Assembly: GCA_958009085.1 (NCBI GenBank)
Contig: OY253678.1
Location: 62,001 to 126,000 of the forward strand
Length of the DNA stretch: 64,000 bases
Direction: 5' to 3'
DNA from: Protoeuglena noctilucae
Taxonomy: Eukaryota
Part shown: piece after piece, positions 1-11,798 of the stretch
How positions within the stretch are numbered: the stretch's first letter is position 1
How the letters are laid out: every line of letters starts with the position of its first letter
Translations under genes and position numbers: made by a program
Notes under the pieces: model-generated
What the model was told of the DNA's origin: nothing
Databases searched by the model: none
What the model saw: the letters and a program-made list of their open reading frames with translations, nothing else

Positions 1-1996
1 GGGGAGTAGACGTGTTTGCCGGTTCCCGTGCCTCTGCGACGGGACCGGCGGGGCGCGTGGCGGGGTGGCCGCGGGCGGGGGTAGGCAGGTCACTAGGTGC
101 GGGGCCTGGGGGGCCAGAGTGCTCCCGGCGGGGTGGATGGCGAGCGGGGTGGCTCGCGGTGACTGCGGGGGGCGTGCGGCCCGCGAGGGAGAGGGAGAGG
201 CGGGCGGTGGGGTGGGCGGGGGGTGCGGCGGGGGCGGTGTGGGCGCGGATGTCAAAGGAGCCGGCGAGAGTGGTGACGGAGAGGTCCTCCATTCCCACGT
301 ACACGCCGTTGCCGCTGCGATGAGGGGTGGGGGATGGTAGAGGTGGGGGTGGGGGTGGGGGGGTGGAGAGCGGTGGGATGGGTAGTGGTAAGGGAAGCGT
401 GTCGTTGCTGAGTGATGTGGGTGCAAGTGCCCCACGTCACATCTCTCACATACACCTGCATCACTGCAACCCCTGGCTCCATCCCCCTCCCTCACCCGAA
501 GCAGAACCGGAACCCCTCCGCTGCCGGGCAGTGCATCTCCAGTCGCATGGCGTCGACCTTCTGGGACGTGCGCAGGGCCTCGTCCTTCAGTCGGGCCAGC
601 TGACGAAGGCCGGCGTCCTCCACCACTGCGGGGAAAAGGAGAGGAAGACGAGGGGATCGAACCCGCAACCGCTTGGTGGTCGATCGACTACGGCACCAGT
701 GGGGGTGCAGTGAGATTAGTGATGGGGACTGGCGATGTCCCTGTCTCAGTACACAGTACCCTCACCCCATCGCCTCAGCAAACACACACCCCTGTCACTA
801 TCCCAGCTCCAGCGCACCCCCCCACCACCCCAGCACCCACAACACACGACACGCCCACCCTCCAACCCCCCCCCTTGCCTGCCGTGGCATTGGCGTCCTC
901 CGCTGCGTCCGCCAATGCCTCCATCTCCGCCGCCTCCTCTCTCAGCAGCCGGACGTTGTCGCGACACGCCGACAGCTGCGCCTCCCACATGCGACGTTGG
1001 GCGGGGGAGGGGGCGGACGAGAGCATCTGCGCCGCCACCGCCGCCTGGGTCTCGTTCGCGGCGAGCTTTTCCTGCGATGAAAGAGCGAAACGATGAATGG
1101 AATGGGAGAGATATGACTGTGTGGGCACAGCAGGCCAGGTGACGGGGCAAGGCGCTGCGCATATCAGGTGCTCTCTGCGACCCTGGCTCTCACTCGCAGC
1201 GCTGCCACGTCTCTGCGGAGGTCCTCGATCCCCATATCGTTCTCACCGTCGTCCGCCTCCATCGCCGGAGCCTGCGCGGAGCATCGAAAACGAACGATAC
1301 TAAAAACCAGTCCGCGAAAGCTCTCCAAGACGCAGGCAGGCACATGCCAGCGCCTGGGGCTCACTTCGCGAGTGAATATCTCGACCGCTGCGTCTCCCGC
1401 CAGCTCCTGCCGCTTCCGGGCGCGGCGCGTGAGCACGCCCTGCAGCACCGCTTTGCCCAGGCGCCCGCCGCCCGATGCGGCAGGCGCAGGGGCCGAGGAT
1501 CCCGCAGAGCCGTTGGAGTAAAAGTCCAAAAACGACTGGAGCGACCGCTGCGCCTGCTTCACTTGAGACTGCGTGCCGGTTGGGAGCGGAGCGGTTAAGG
1601 AAACTCGTGACGTGGTGGGGAGCGAAAGGCGGGACGGGGCCGCAGATGCATCGCACACAAATGTCAGGGACTACAAATTACACGTGCTGAATGGGAAGAA
1701 GTTTGCTTTAAAAGCCCAGCATCGCGCAACGGGCATAGGGAGTTGTGTCACGCCCTTTCCGAGCCCCACGCTCCGCGCGCGTGCGCTCAGCCTCTCACCT
1801 CAAGGCCTTCTCGAACCTTGGCCAATTGCGTGACGGTCTCCTTGAGCATGGCGCGCTCCTCGGCCGACTCGGCGCGGCGGGCCGTGTCCAGGTCCGCTGC
1901 GGTGGCCTGCAGCGACAGCATCTGAGCCCGGGCGGTCTGTAGCGCTTCCCGGGCGGCTAAGGACCTCGACGCGAGGTCTGCGTATCGCTCGTCCAT
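1..1996 (-). CDS. Hypothetical multi-exon protein with coiled-coil-like N-terminal half; 3' end runs off the window
   Basis: Exon-like minus-strand segments with GT/AG edges, e.g. MDERYADLASRSLAAREALQ..., EKLAANETQAAVAAQ..., VVEDAGLRQLARLKDEAL.... No family recognised; start uncertain. Confidence 0.5.
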
Positions 1997-2763
1997 CCTC
2001 CCTGCGCCCGACGGTCGCCCGAGGGGCAGCTGCAGTTATGCGATGCAGCCAGGCCGATCTTGTTGAATGCGTGGGGTACCCGCGACTTGCGACGGGGCCG
2101 CAAGCAGTCCCTGCAGGTCTCGGGACCTCTCGGGCCTTCCGCGCGACGCACGCGCAGGCGCAAGACGACGCTGCCAGTGTTGGGTCGACCTGTTCAACGA
2201 AGGCAATCACGAAAGCCGTCGCGAGAACGGAGAAAGACAAAGGGTAAATTGCACAGTGCTGTGCGGGGCAGATTAGCAGAAAACAGCAGAGAACTGGCGC
2301 GCAACCCTGGACGCGTCCATCGCCCCGAGAGTCGCTGCGGGACGATGGCGCTGAGTGAAGCTGCCGACGACGCGCGGCCGGTCGCGGCGCGAAAGACGCT
2401 CGGGACCGGCGGCGCGCTGCACAGAGGAGAATGCGGGGCGGGATGTCCGCGGCAGAGGCACAGGGGCCCGGGGCCGTCGCGCCGGTTGGAAAACAGAGCA
2501 ATACAGGCGCGGGCGCGGGCGGCTCCGCGGCGCCGGTGCTGCTAGGCCGCGGGGGCTAGCGCAGCGGGACGCGGAGCGGCGGTCGCGCGCGCGAGTGCAG
2601 GCGAGTCGCTAAGCGGAGAAAGGGAGCGGGGCCCGCGGTGGGCGGGCTGTTCTAAGCACAGAGTGCAGACTGCACGCTCTGGCTGGCCGCGTGTGGCCAA
2701 GGGGTCGCGGTCACGTCAAGGGGCGGCGCGGGTGGCGCCGCGGGTGCTGAAAAATCCAGCACC

Positions 2764-5700
2764 CTAGGCGGCGAGGTGAGGCCCACCACCCGAGCTGGGC
2801 GCGAGAGCCAGGCGTGGAAAGGAGGGCGGCGTGAGCAGGGCCCCGTGGTAGGTGTGGCCTGCCGAGGCGCCTGTGTCGGCGTCAGAGTCGGCCGTGTCAG
2901 TGTTCCCCGTGTCAGTCCTCCCGGATGGGCGCGGGGTGCTCCTTGATGGGCGTGCGCACGCCGTCGGGCCTCGACGTGAGGCTGGACAGGTTGGTGGTGA
3001 GCAGGCCTGCCACGTTCGTGTCCATGCCGTATAAGATGGCGGTATCCATGGGGCCCTTGCCTGGGAGTAACGGAGTGGGGGAGTGGGTCGGAGAGTGGGA
3101 GAGTGGGAGAGTGGGGGTGGGGTGTGCGTTGGTAGAGGGTCGCATCTCCCCCTCCCATGCTCACCCTTGATGTCGAGCGTCTCAAACGTCAAGTGCTCCT
3201 GGATGTCGGCGGGCAGTGCCAGGGCCGTGGTGGCGGTCATGCGGATGTGGGCGGGGCGCGAGTTGCTCTCCATGCGGGCCGCCACGTTCTGCAAGGGTTG
3301 GGGTGAGGGTGGGGGTGAAGGTGAAGGTGAGGGTGGGCATGAAGGGTGGGGGTGGCAGTGAGGGTGGGAGTGAGAGTGGTGCAACCATGGTGTCATGAGT
3401 CGTGAGTCGTCTCCACACCCACTCCCCCATTTCTACCCCTCACCAGCGTGTCCCCGCACAAGGTCAGCAGCGTGCGCTTGACCCCGATGATCCCCCCCGC
3501 GACCGGCCCCGTGTGGATGCCCACGCGGATCTCGATCGGCCCCGTCCTGTCGGCCTTCTCGATCTGCGAGGCCTGCGTGACCATGGCCATGGCGATGCGC
3601 AAGGCCAGCAGCTGGTGGTCGCGCTGGGGGCGGGTCAGGTTCACCGCCACCACGTACGCGTCGCCCACCGTCTCGTACTGCGATTGGGGGATGATTGGGA
3701 TATGAAGCGGAACTGGTCATAGTTATCGCGTAGCTAGGTATATCGTGAGACTGCGGGGACACGCACGCGTCCCCCCCCGTCTCGTACTGCGATAGGGTGG
3801 GAGATGGTGGGGGTGACACGATTACCAGCAGAGCCACGAGGAGGTAGTAGTAGTACCAGTATATTACTATTACTAGTAGTGGTAGTACAGCCACACCCTG
3901 CACCCCCTCCCTCACACCCCCCACACCACCCCCCACACCCACGCCCACCACCCCATCTCACCTTATAGGCCCCCAGCGCCTCGACGAGCGAGTCCAGCTT
4001 GGAGAAGTAGGAGTGGAGCATGGACAGCACGTCGATGGGGCGGCTGGTGGACGACATGGTGGTGTAAGAAACGACGTCGCTGTGAGGGGAAGAAGAGATG
4101 GAAGGGGATTGGGTGGAGTGGCACTGGGGTGGGGTGGAGTGACATGCGAGTGATAGTGATGAACACCGTCGTCTTGGTACTACCCAAAAAAGGCACCCAT
4201 GCATCCCTCCTCACCAATCTGCCATTAACTGCCATCCCACCACCACTCACCTGAGTATCATGGTCACGTCGTCGTAATCCTTGAAGTACAGACAGACACC
4301 CCTCTTATCAATCAATCAACCATTGTTATCAGCTACTCTATGCTTACTCGCCTGAATATCATGGTCACGTCGTCGTATTCTTTAAAATACAGCAGCGGGG
4401 CGGGCCCGGGCGCCCCGTTGAGATGCAGGCGCGTGTTGGTGCGCTTCCACCTCCGTGAGGCGTTCTTGCCCAGGAACGAACCCTGCCGCGGCTCCACGGC
4501 CGTGTCGACCTCGGAAGGGTCACGGCGGCGCGTGCCGCTGAGGGGGGTGCGGGGGGCGGAGGCCGAGAGCTCGCGCGAGGCCGTGCCGCCTTCCGTGGAG
4601 ATGCGCCGCCAGGACCCGGTGGGGGAGAGCGGCGACATCTCCGGCTCGGACAGCGCCGCGCCGTCGGCCGCGCGCAGCGACTGCTGGCGCGACGCGTGGG
4701 GCGAGAGGGCGCGGGCGGCCACCGGGCACTCCATGCCGGTGGCGGGGGGCCCGGTGCGCGCGAGGGCGTTGGCGTTGAGGGATCTTTCGGAATCTCCGGG
4801 GAGCGTGGTGGTGGCGGTGGGGCGGTGGGAGGAGGCGGAGCGGTCGAGGGCGCGGGACGTGAAGGCGCGGACGGTGGGGCGGGCTGGGGGGGGGAGGGGG
4901 TTGGGGTGGTGGGTGAGTGATTGAGTGGTGCAGTGGTTAACAGTGGTGGGAGAGTGGTGGGGATGGGTGAGAGGGATGGGACGTGGAGGCACGCACGGTG
5001 GGGCGGGCTGGGGGGGGGGGGGGGGGGAGGGGGGTGGGGTGGTGGGTGATTGATTGAGTGAGTGGTGCTTTGGGAGTGGTGCGAGAGTGGTGGGAGTGAC
5101 GAGCTGTGGTGGCATAGGCAAGCAGGCTTCATACCTCACACGCTCTCCCAACAACACCCCATCCACCAATCACCCACCACCCCATCCCACGCTCTCCCAA
5201 CACACCCCATACATCAACCAACTAGTAAAACTACATTCAACCAATCACATACCCCCATCCCCCCCCCCCCCCCCCCCCCCTCACCCCCGTCCTTGCTCCC
5301 ATTGGGCGACGAGTTGTCCCCCCCCTCCTGCGACCCTCTTTCCGTCGCCTCCACGTGCGGCGCGGGCTTCGTCCGCTCCTTGGGCTTCCAGGGCACGGAG
5401 CAGGCGTTGCCGGTGTCGACGGCGAGGGACGGGCGCGCGTGTCGGATGAGCACGTCCGCAACTTCCTTGGGCACAATGTTCTGGATCACGGCGTCGCGGA
5501 AGCGGATCGCGTCTGGGGATGGTAAACGATAAGTGAAATGAGGTGAGGTGAGCTGATGTGGTGAGATGTTGAGAGATGTAAGGGATGACGAGAGGGTGCT
5601 GTGGGTGACGGTGGAAGCGGAAGCGGATGGCGTCTGAAGGGGGGTGGATAAGTGGGATGATGTAAACAGGTAGTGTGAGATGATAACCGATGTAAAAGAT

Positions 5701-8345
5701 GAGGAGAGGGTGTTGTGGATCACGGCGTCGCGGAAGCGGATGGCGTCTGGGGGGTGGGGCATAAGGGTAAGGATGGGGCGAGGCTAACGTCACCGACAGT
5801 GCCGGCTGTAGTGCCACGTTCACGTTCTGTCGCTTGCTCCCTCACTTCACCCCTCCCACCCACACGTCACCCACCCCACCCACCCCAAAGCCACCTCCCA
5901 TTTCTGAAAATCCTCACCCATGGCCGTCTTCCTGGTCGCCGCCCACCACGCAATCCCCGCAAGCGCCCACGCGGGGTGCAGGTCGATGCGCCGGCCCGTC
6001 GCCAGCACCACAAACGCCGCCACCGCCCCCGCCACCGACACCACCCACGAGGCCGCGTACACCAGCAGCCCGCGGAACGTCAGGATGTGCCAGAAGCCGC
6101 GCAGGTAGAGCCCTAACGCGGAGAGCGGGGCCAGGATGCGGCCCTCCACCATCATGTAAGCTTCAGCGAAGGAGGGGCCGGGGGACTGGGCGGCGCGCCT
6201 GGCAAGGGCCGCCGACCAGCACTGGAAACTGGCGATGCCTCCCGCGTTGAGCACCCCGCGCGAGAAGAGTCCCGCGATCACGGCGAGGACGGCGGCGACG
6301 GCGGCGGCGGCGGGGAGGGTGGCGGGGTCGGCGTGGGGCCACAGGGCGGTCTTGGCGGCGACGTCGGCGACCGCTGCGGCGCTGAAGACGGCGACGGCGA
6401 GTCGGGTGGTGTTGGAGCACGCGCTGACCATGCCGCGGATGATGCCGAGGCCCAGGGAGAGGCTGGGGGGGTGGGGGGGGTGTGGAGGGTGGCGGCGGGG
6501 GTGGCAGTGAGAGTGAGACTTGCAGTGCGAGTGGCTGTTCATCACCCTATAGGGAGGTCCTACCCCACTATATACATGACTTGCGACCAGCTGTGCGCAT
6601 CGCATCAGCAACCACCACCACCACCACGTGACACATGTGATCTCGCATCCCATCCCATTCCACCCCCCTGCTCTAACCCTCACCATATGACTTGCGACCA
6701 GGAGAGCTCGTCGCGCGCGGCGACTAGGATGTCCGAGAGAGGCACGAGGATCATGGCCGAGAGCGCCTGGGCGTAGGCGACCACAAAGGCGAGGTCCCAC
6801 TCGCGGTCGGTGACGAAGGCGAAGGCCTGGAGGAGGGCGGTGAGGGCCAGGAGGGCCAGGGTGGTGAGGGACACGGCCTGGGAGGAGAGGCAGCCGGGGA
6901 TGGGGAGGACCTGGGGTGGGGGGGGAGTGGAAGGGGGGTTGGAATGAGTGATGTGGGTGAGGACCCTCACTGCAACTTTTGGGTGGTTTGACGGTCAGGA
7001 GGGGCGTCGGGAGGCGTCAGAATTGCTTTGTGTCAGTCACGAGTGCAGTAAATGAATGCTCTGTGTCGGCATCCAATCCCCCACACCCACCCCACCCCCC
7101 CCCCCCCCCCCCGCCCCTGCCCACGCATCCCTCGTCGCTCGCCTTTGCGAAAAGGTCCATGAACCCCGTGCCCGGCCGGCAGTGATGCAGCCCGATGTCG
7201 TAGTGCCAGAAGGCGGTGGAGAAGAAGAGGCCCACCGAGACGGCAATCAGCGCGATGGGGTTGTCGTAGCGAATGGCGGTGGCTTCCGTTAAGAACTTGG
7301 CGCTGAGTGGGTGGGGAGAGGGGTGCGGATGGGTGGGTGTGGGAAAGGGGCAGGGCTGTGGGGCAGGGTGAGTGTGTATGGGCGGGGGTGAAGGGGCGGG
7401 GGGGAGGGGGGTGCAGGGGTGGGGAGCAAAGGCGTCGAGCGCTCCTTCGTCATCCACAGTTGAATTAGTCAACCATCCCAACCCCCCCCACAACCCCTCA
7501 CCGCGCGACCAGTGCGTAGTCGTCAAGGGGACCGCACCCCAGGGACGGCTCGGCCACGCTACTCTCCGCGTCGTCATTCTCCAGGCGGACCTGGGAGGTG
7601 TGTGAGGCACGTTGTTTGCAGAGTGTAACATAGGGCTCTCTATCCCCCACACCCATCTTTCATGCACCCACCAGCGCCCCCAGCACATTGCATGTCATCT
7701 GCCACCCCTCTCTATCCACTCACACACCCATTCACCCACTCACAGGCACATCCACCCACTCCCTCCCCCATGCGCACTCACCAGCGCCCCCAGCACGTCG
7801 TCCTCCGCCGTCCACCGCAGGGGAGAGGGCTCGAACTCCTGCATGGGCGATGCGGGAACGAAGAATGCGGCACAGAGAGCGACGATTCGCGTCCTCATGC
7901 GACCCGCCAGCCACCCCGCATGTGTGTCACACACTGGCGGCCAGCTCACCATGTCCGGCCCCGCCTGCCGCGACGCGAACGCCGACCGCGCGAAGCTCTT
8001 GCGGGCGTCGCGAGGGGCGCGGGGGCTGTCGGGCGCGGGCGCGGGGGCCGCGTGGCCCGCCATCGACAGCCGGGCCGCCGACCCCTCGAACGCCGACGCG
8101 TCCGCGGGCGAGGGCGCCGGCGGGCCGCCCGGGAGGCCCACGCGGCCCCGCGACGACATCTTGCGCACCCACTGCCGCGCGCTCGGGGCCTCCTCGCTCC
8201 GCAGCATGAGCGACATCGCGGGCGGGCCACGCCCCTCGCCCTCCTCCGCGCCCATCGGCGGCTGGGTGTCCACGAACGCCGCAGCCGCGTCCGTGCCGGA
8301 ACGCAAGAGCGTCCCGCGCTGCGACTTCTGCTGCGCGACGCGCAT
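2764..8345 (-). CDS. Membrane-bound class III nucleotidyl (guanylyl-like) cyclase, multi-exon
   Basis: Motifs across exons: FSDVVSYT, YETVGDAY, IRVGIHTGPVAGGIIG, LCGDTL|NVAARMES, K|GKGPMDT. Hydrophobic TM-like exons at ~5.9-7.3 kb. Start approximate. Confidence 0.88.
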
Positions 8346-9528
8346 GACGGCCGCGACGAGCGGATCCACATGCTGGGCGCCCTTTGGACCCTCCCCCGTG
8401 TAGTCCTTGGCCCCTGTGGTTTGCGCCCTGCGCGCGGACGATCATGCGGATATCATAGAAGGCCTCGCGCCGATCGGAGCGGCCGGGAACGCGCGGGCGC
8501 GCAGGTTCCGCACCGTGCCACAGCATCGCGCGGACCCCCGCGGTCGCGCGAGACCTCGCTGCCCGCGGTGCCTGGCGCTCCGCTCTGGTTGGGGGAAACC
8601 GTCCTCTGCAGGGGCGCGAGGAATGGGGCCGCGCATTTTTCGAACCACGCGGCCCAAGCGTGCCTTATGCATTCCATTCATCAAAGGGCATTCGGCCGCG
8701 AGCGCGCGAGGCGCCTCGTCGGCGCGATGGGGGCGCATCGGGAACGCTCCTGTCCGTATCCAAAAGACGAGGCAACTCTCCCCGGCGCCCGGAGGGCCTC
8801 TCGCTCTTTCGCCTCGCTGGTGACGGGCGCACCTGGAACGGGTCCCGACCCGCCGCGCGGAGGGCTGAGAGCAGCTTGGACTTGGTCGCGGTATGATCGA
8901 ACCGGTTCTCCGCCGAGCCACCGCTGCGGGGAAGGGGCCGCGCGCAGAGGTGCCGGGGAGTGTGCGGACACGCTCGCCTCCTACCCCCGCCCACCCCTGG
9001 CCTCGCCCGCTGCCACCGTCCGGTCCCTCGGCGACAGAGCACGGCTGCGTGGCGCACCTGGTCTGAAATTCTTCCCTCGCCACGCGTGACCGCCCCCGGT
9101 CGGGGCGGGGGGGTTCGGAGGCCATGGCTATCTCCGTGCAAGCTCCAGGCCCAGCGTGTTATTATTCACGAAGCAAGTGAGGAGTGCTCCGGCTTGCTGA
9201 AGCACCGCACGAGCCCCTAACTGCCCGGAGTTCGGGCCCCAAGCCTGCCGCAAGGCTGGCTGCGGGTCACGAGCTAGCAAAGAAGAAGCGCTTCAGCCGC
9301 AACATAATGCGTCGCGGAAAGTCGAAGGTTGGGGAAAACTACGTGCGCGCTTGGTGGTCCGCCGGGACGACACACACGAACGCGCATCATTTAGCACATG
9401 ACGTGCGCGTGGAGAGGCAAAGCGGGCGAAAGTCGGCTCTGGCGCAAGGCTCTGGCGTTTCAGCCACCCCCTCCGCCGCTGTTATGCGGCTCCTCAGGCC
9501 CCAAGTGCCCCTAGACATTCTCGTCGAC

Positions 9529-10543
9529 ATGGAGAAAGCGGAGGATACGTCGCAGTCCGACCACCTACTCGGTGGCGCGTCGTCCACTCCCGCAGGCTTG
9601 GCCCGGCCGGGCAGCGATGTAGAGCCCGTTGCTTCCCCCTCCGGCCCAGCCGCCGAGGTCTCTGCAAATCGTCAATCAACCTGGGCGTCCCCGTCTGGTC
9701 AAGGATCGCTCCGGTGAGCGCGGGCGCGGGCCCCAGCACTGTTGCATAACGTCGCCCGTGGCATCAGCTCGCAGCCCCGCCCGCCGGCCGCAGCGCCTGG
9801 GCCGCGCGCACGTTCGCCGCGGGAGCCAACGTCCTCCTCCCCGTCGCCGTCACCTGGGCGATCGTCGCCTTCCTCGATGGCTTGTTCAGCCCCATCATCT
9901 CGCGCCTGTTCGGCGTTCGGGTCTTCGGCCTGGGAATCGCCAGCGCCGTCGCCGTGACCTTCGCGGTGGGGCTCGCCACGTCGTCCATGGTCGGACGGTG
10001 GCTGTGGGGCGTCCTCGACGCATTGCTCGCCGCCGTGCCCCTCGTCAGCACCGTGTACGGGTCCGCCAAGCAGATTGCTGCGGCCGTGTCGCCGCAGGGG
10101 GAGTCCGGCAAGGCCTTCCGGTTAGTGCGGAGGGACGCGTGACCGTCATCGATGTCGTGACAGCAGTGCACAGTTGCGACCATCCCCACGCCAGCGCTGC
10201 CGGCCCCCGCAGGGAGTGCGTGGCCTTCAGCCACCCCCGCGCAGGTCACCTCACGCTGGGCTTCGTGACCGCCGAGCCCGTGGTGGCCGAGGCAGGCGGG
10301 ACACCCTCGCGCTTTGCTGTGGTGTTCGTCCCCACCAACCACGTGTATCTGGGGGACCTCCTGCTGGTGCCTGCATCGGCTGTGCGCCGCACCAACCTCA
10401 CCGTGAGACAGGGGCTGGAGACCGTGCTGTCCTGCGGGGCCGTGGCGCCCGCGAACCTCGTCCTGTCAGCCTGGGCGCCGACGCAGCCCACGACAGAGCC
10501 CACGAGACCAACGCAGCCTGCACCCGCTCCCGAGAGTGTCTGA
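9529..10543 (+). CDS. COV1/LCV-like DUF502 membrane protein
   Basis: FSPIISRLFGVRVFGLG..., VPLVSTVYGSAKQIAAAVSP, HPRAG..GFVT, VFVPTNHVYLGD are characteristic DUF502/COV1 motifs; stop TGA at 10541-10543. Confidence 0.85.
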
Positions 10544-10724
10544 CTGGCCCGTTCCGGCGCGCAATGTTCAATGCCGCGGGCGCAAAAGGAGAGGGTGAAA
10601 GGGGGCTTTACTGTCAGCATAGCAACTGCAACCGCCGCCTGGGTGGCACTGCTGGGCGCTCGAGGCCAGATAGCAAGCAGGGTCATCCGCGCAGCCTTGT
10701 CTACAGGAGGGGATGCGAGCAGGG
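10537..10724 (+). repeat. Direct repeat copy 1 (~190 bp) on the left of the kinase-WD40 segment
   Basis: TGTCTGACTGGCCCGTTCCGGCGCGCAATGTTCAATG...GCTTTACTGTCAGCATAGCAACTGC...GGCGCTCGAGGCCAGA...GATGCGAGC recurs at 17065-17261. Confidence 0.95.
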
Positions 10725-11798
10725 TAGGGTGGGCGCTTAAACTGGAGGAGGTGTGAGCGTCGCGTGGACAGTGTGCTGGTTCTAGCGCGGCAAACGCTGT
10801 GGGGAGTGAGATGTAACCACGTGGGTGCAGTTGTTACCTAGCACTATGAGAATCAAGCGTTAAAGTCGGAGATCACAGCTTTGTGCTCTTGTCAGACACG
10901 GCGCTTGGGGCCAGAAAGCCGCTTTCGACGCCGTGACGCTTGTGAAGTCGAATGCGATCTTCAGCTGCGGCGCATTTATCGTCGAGTGTGCGCTCTTCAA
11001 GCGTAAATCCGACCCAGAAAACCACAGCGCGCGTGGATAGAAGACAAGGCAAGAATTCAAAGCAGCTGGCCGTAGATCGCATGTTATGACACGTCTCTGG
11101 CTGTCTCCGGGGCCAGGGAGAGTGCTAGCGAGGTAGCACCGCCCCAGCATCTGAACAAAGTTGACCCTGGGGTCCGAGCTCGGCGATCGGACATTTCCTG
11201 CTTTGCTTTGGGATCATGTTACTGCCTTTGTTCGCGCTCACACCTGCGAGGTGCCCGTGGGCGCCAGGCAGCCAGACGCGGGCCCTGACCTCCTCGCGCT
11301 TGCCGAAGGCCCTCTGCGCCTGGTCACGCGACCCGTCCTGCTTTTAAGCATGTTTACGAGTGCAGCTTCGAGATAGACGTTGGATGACAGGGCCATTGGC
11401 GCTTGATACCCCTCCCCGGCGGTAGCACGGCGCTGAGCATGCCAAGGTCTGCCGTGCGCGCAGACGGGCCGAAGAGGCGCCCAGGGCTTTCCGAAACGTT
11501 TGCAGCAAAGTCTGCTCATCTGCGCGAGTCTGCAGGATGGGAGGCGGGGCCAGCAAGCGGTCGCGGAGGTGGGCGTGTGATTTGCATTGCGCAGAGGAGC
11601 TGGCAAGCAGCGAACACGACGCGCAATCACCGCGTACTCACTGCGCCTTCTTCTCGCAGCCGACAGCGTCGCTCCGCTCCTGCGACCCCTGCACATGCAC
11701 CACCCGTTGCGGCGAGCCATGGGACCGAGACGCCACGCGGAGGTACGAATCCACGGCCATCTCCTCCCAGAGGCTCCGCCAATCGCAGCGGGGGATGC

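Noticed and set aside
7662..9141. Long Arg/Pro/Ala-rich ORFs around the cyclase 5' end
   Set aside because: Expected by chance at this GC content; no recognisable motifs.
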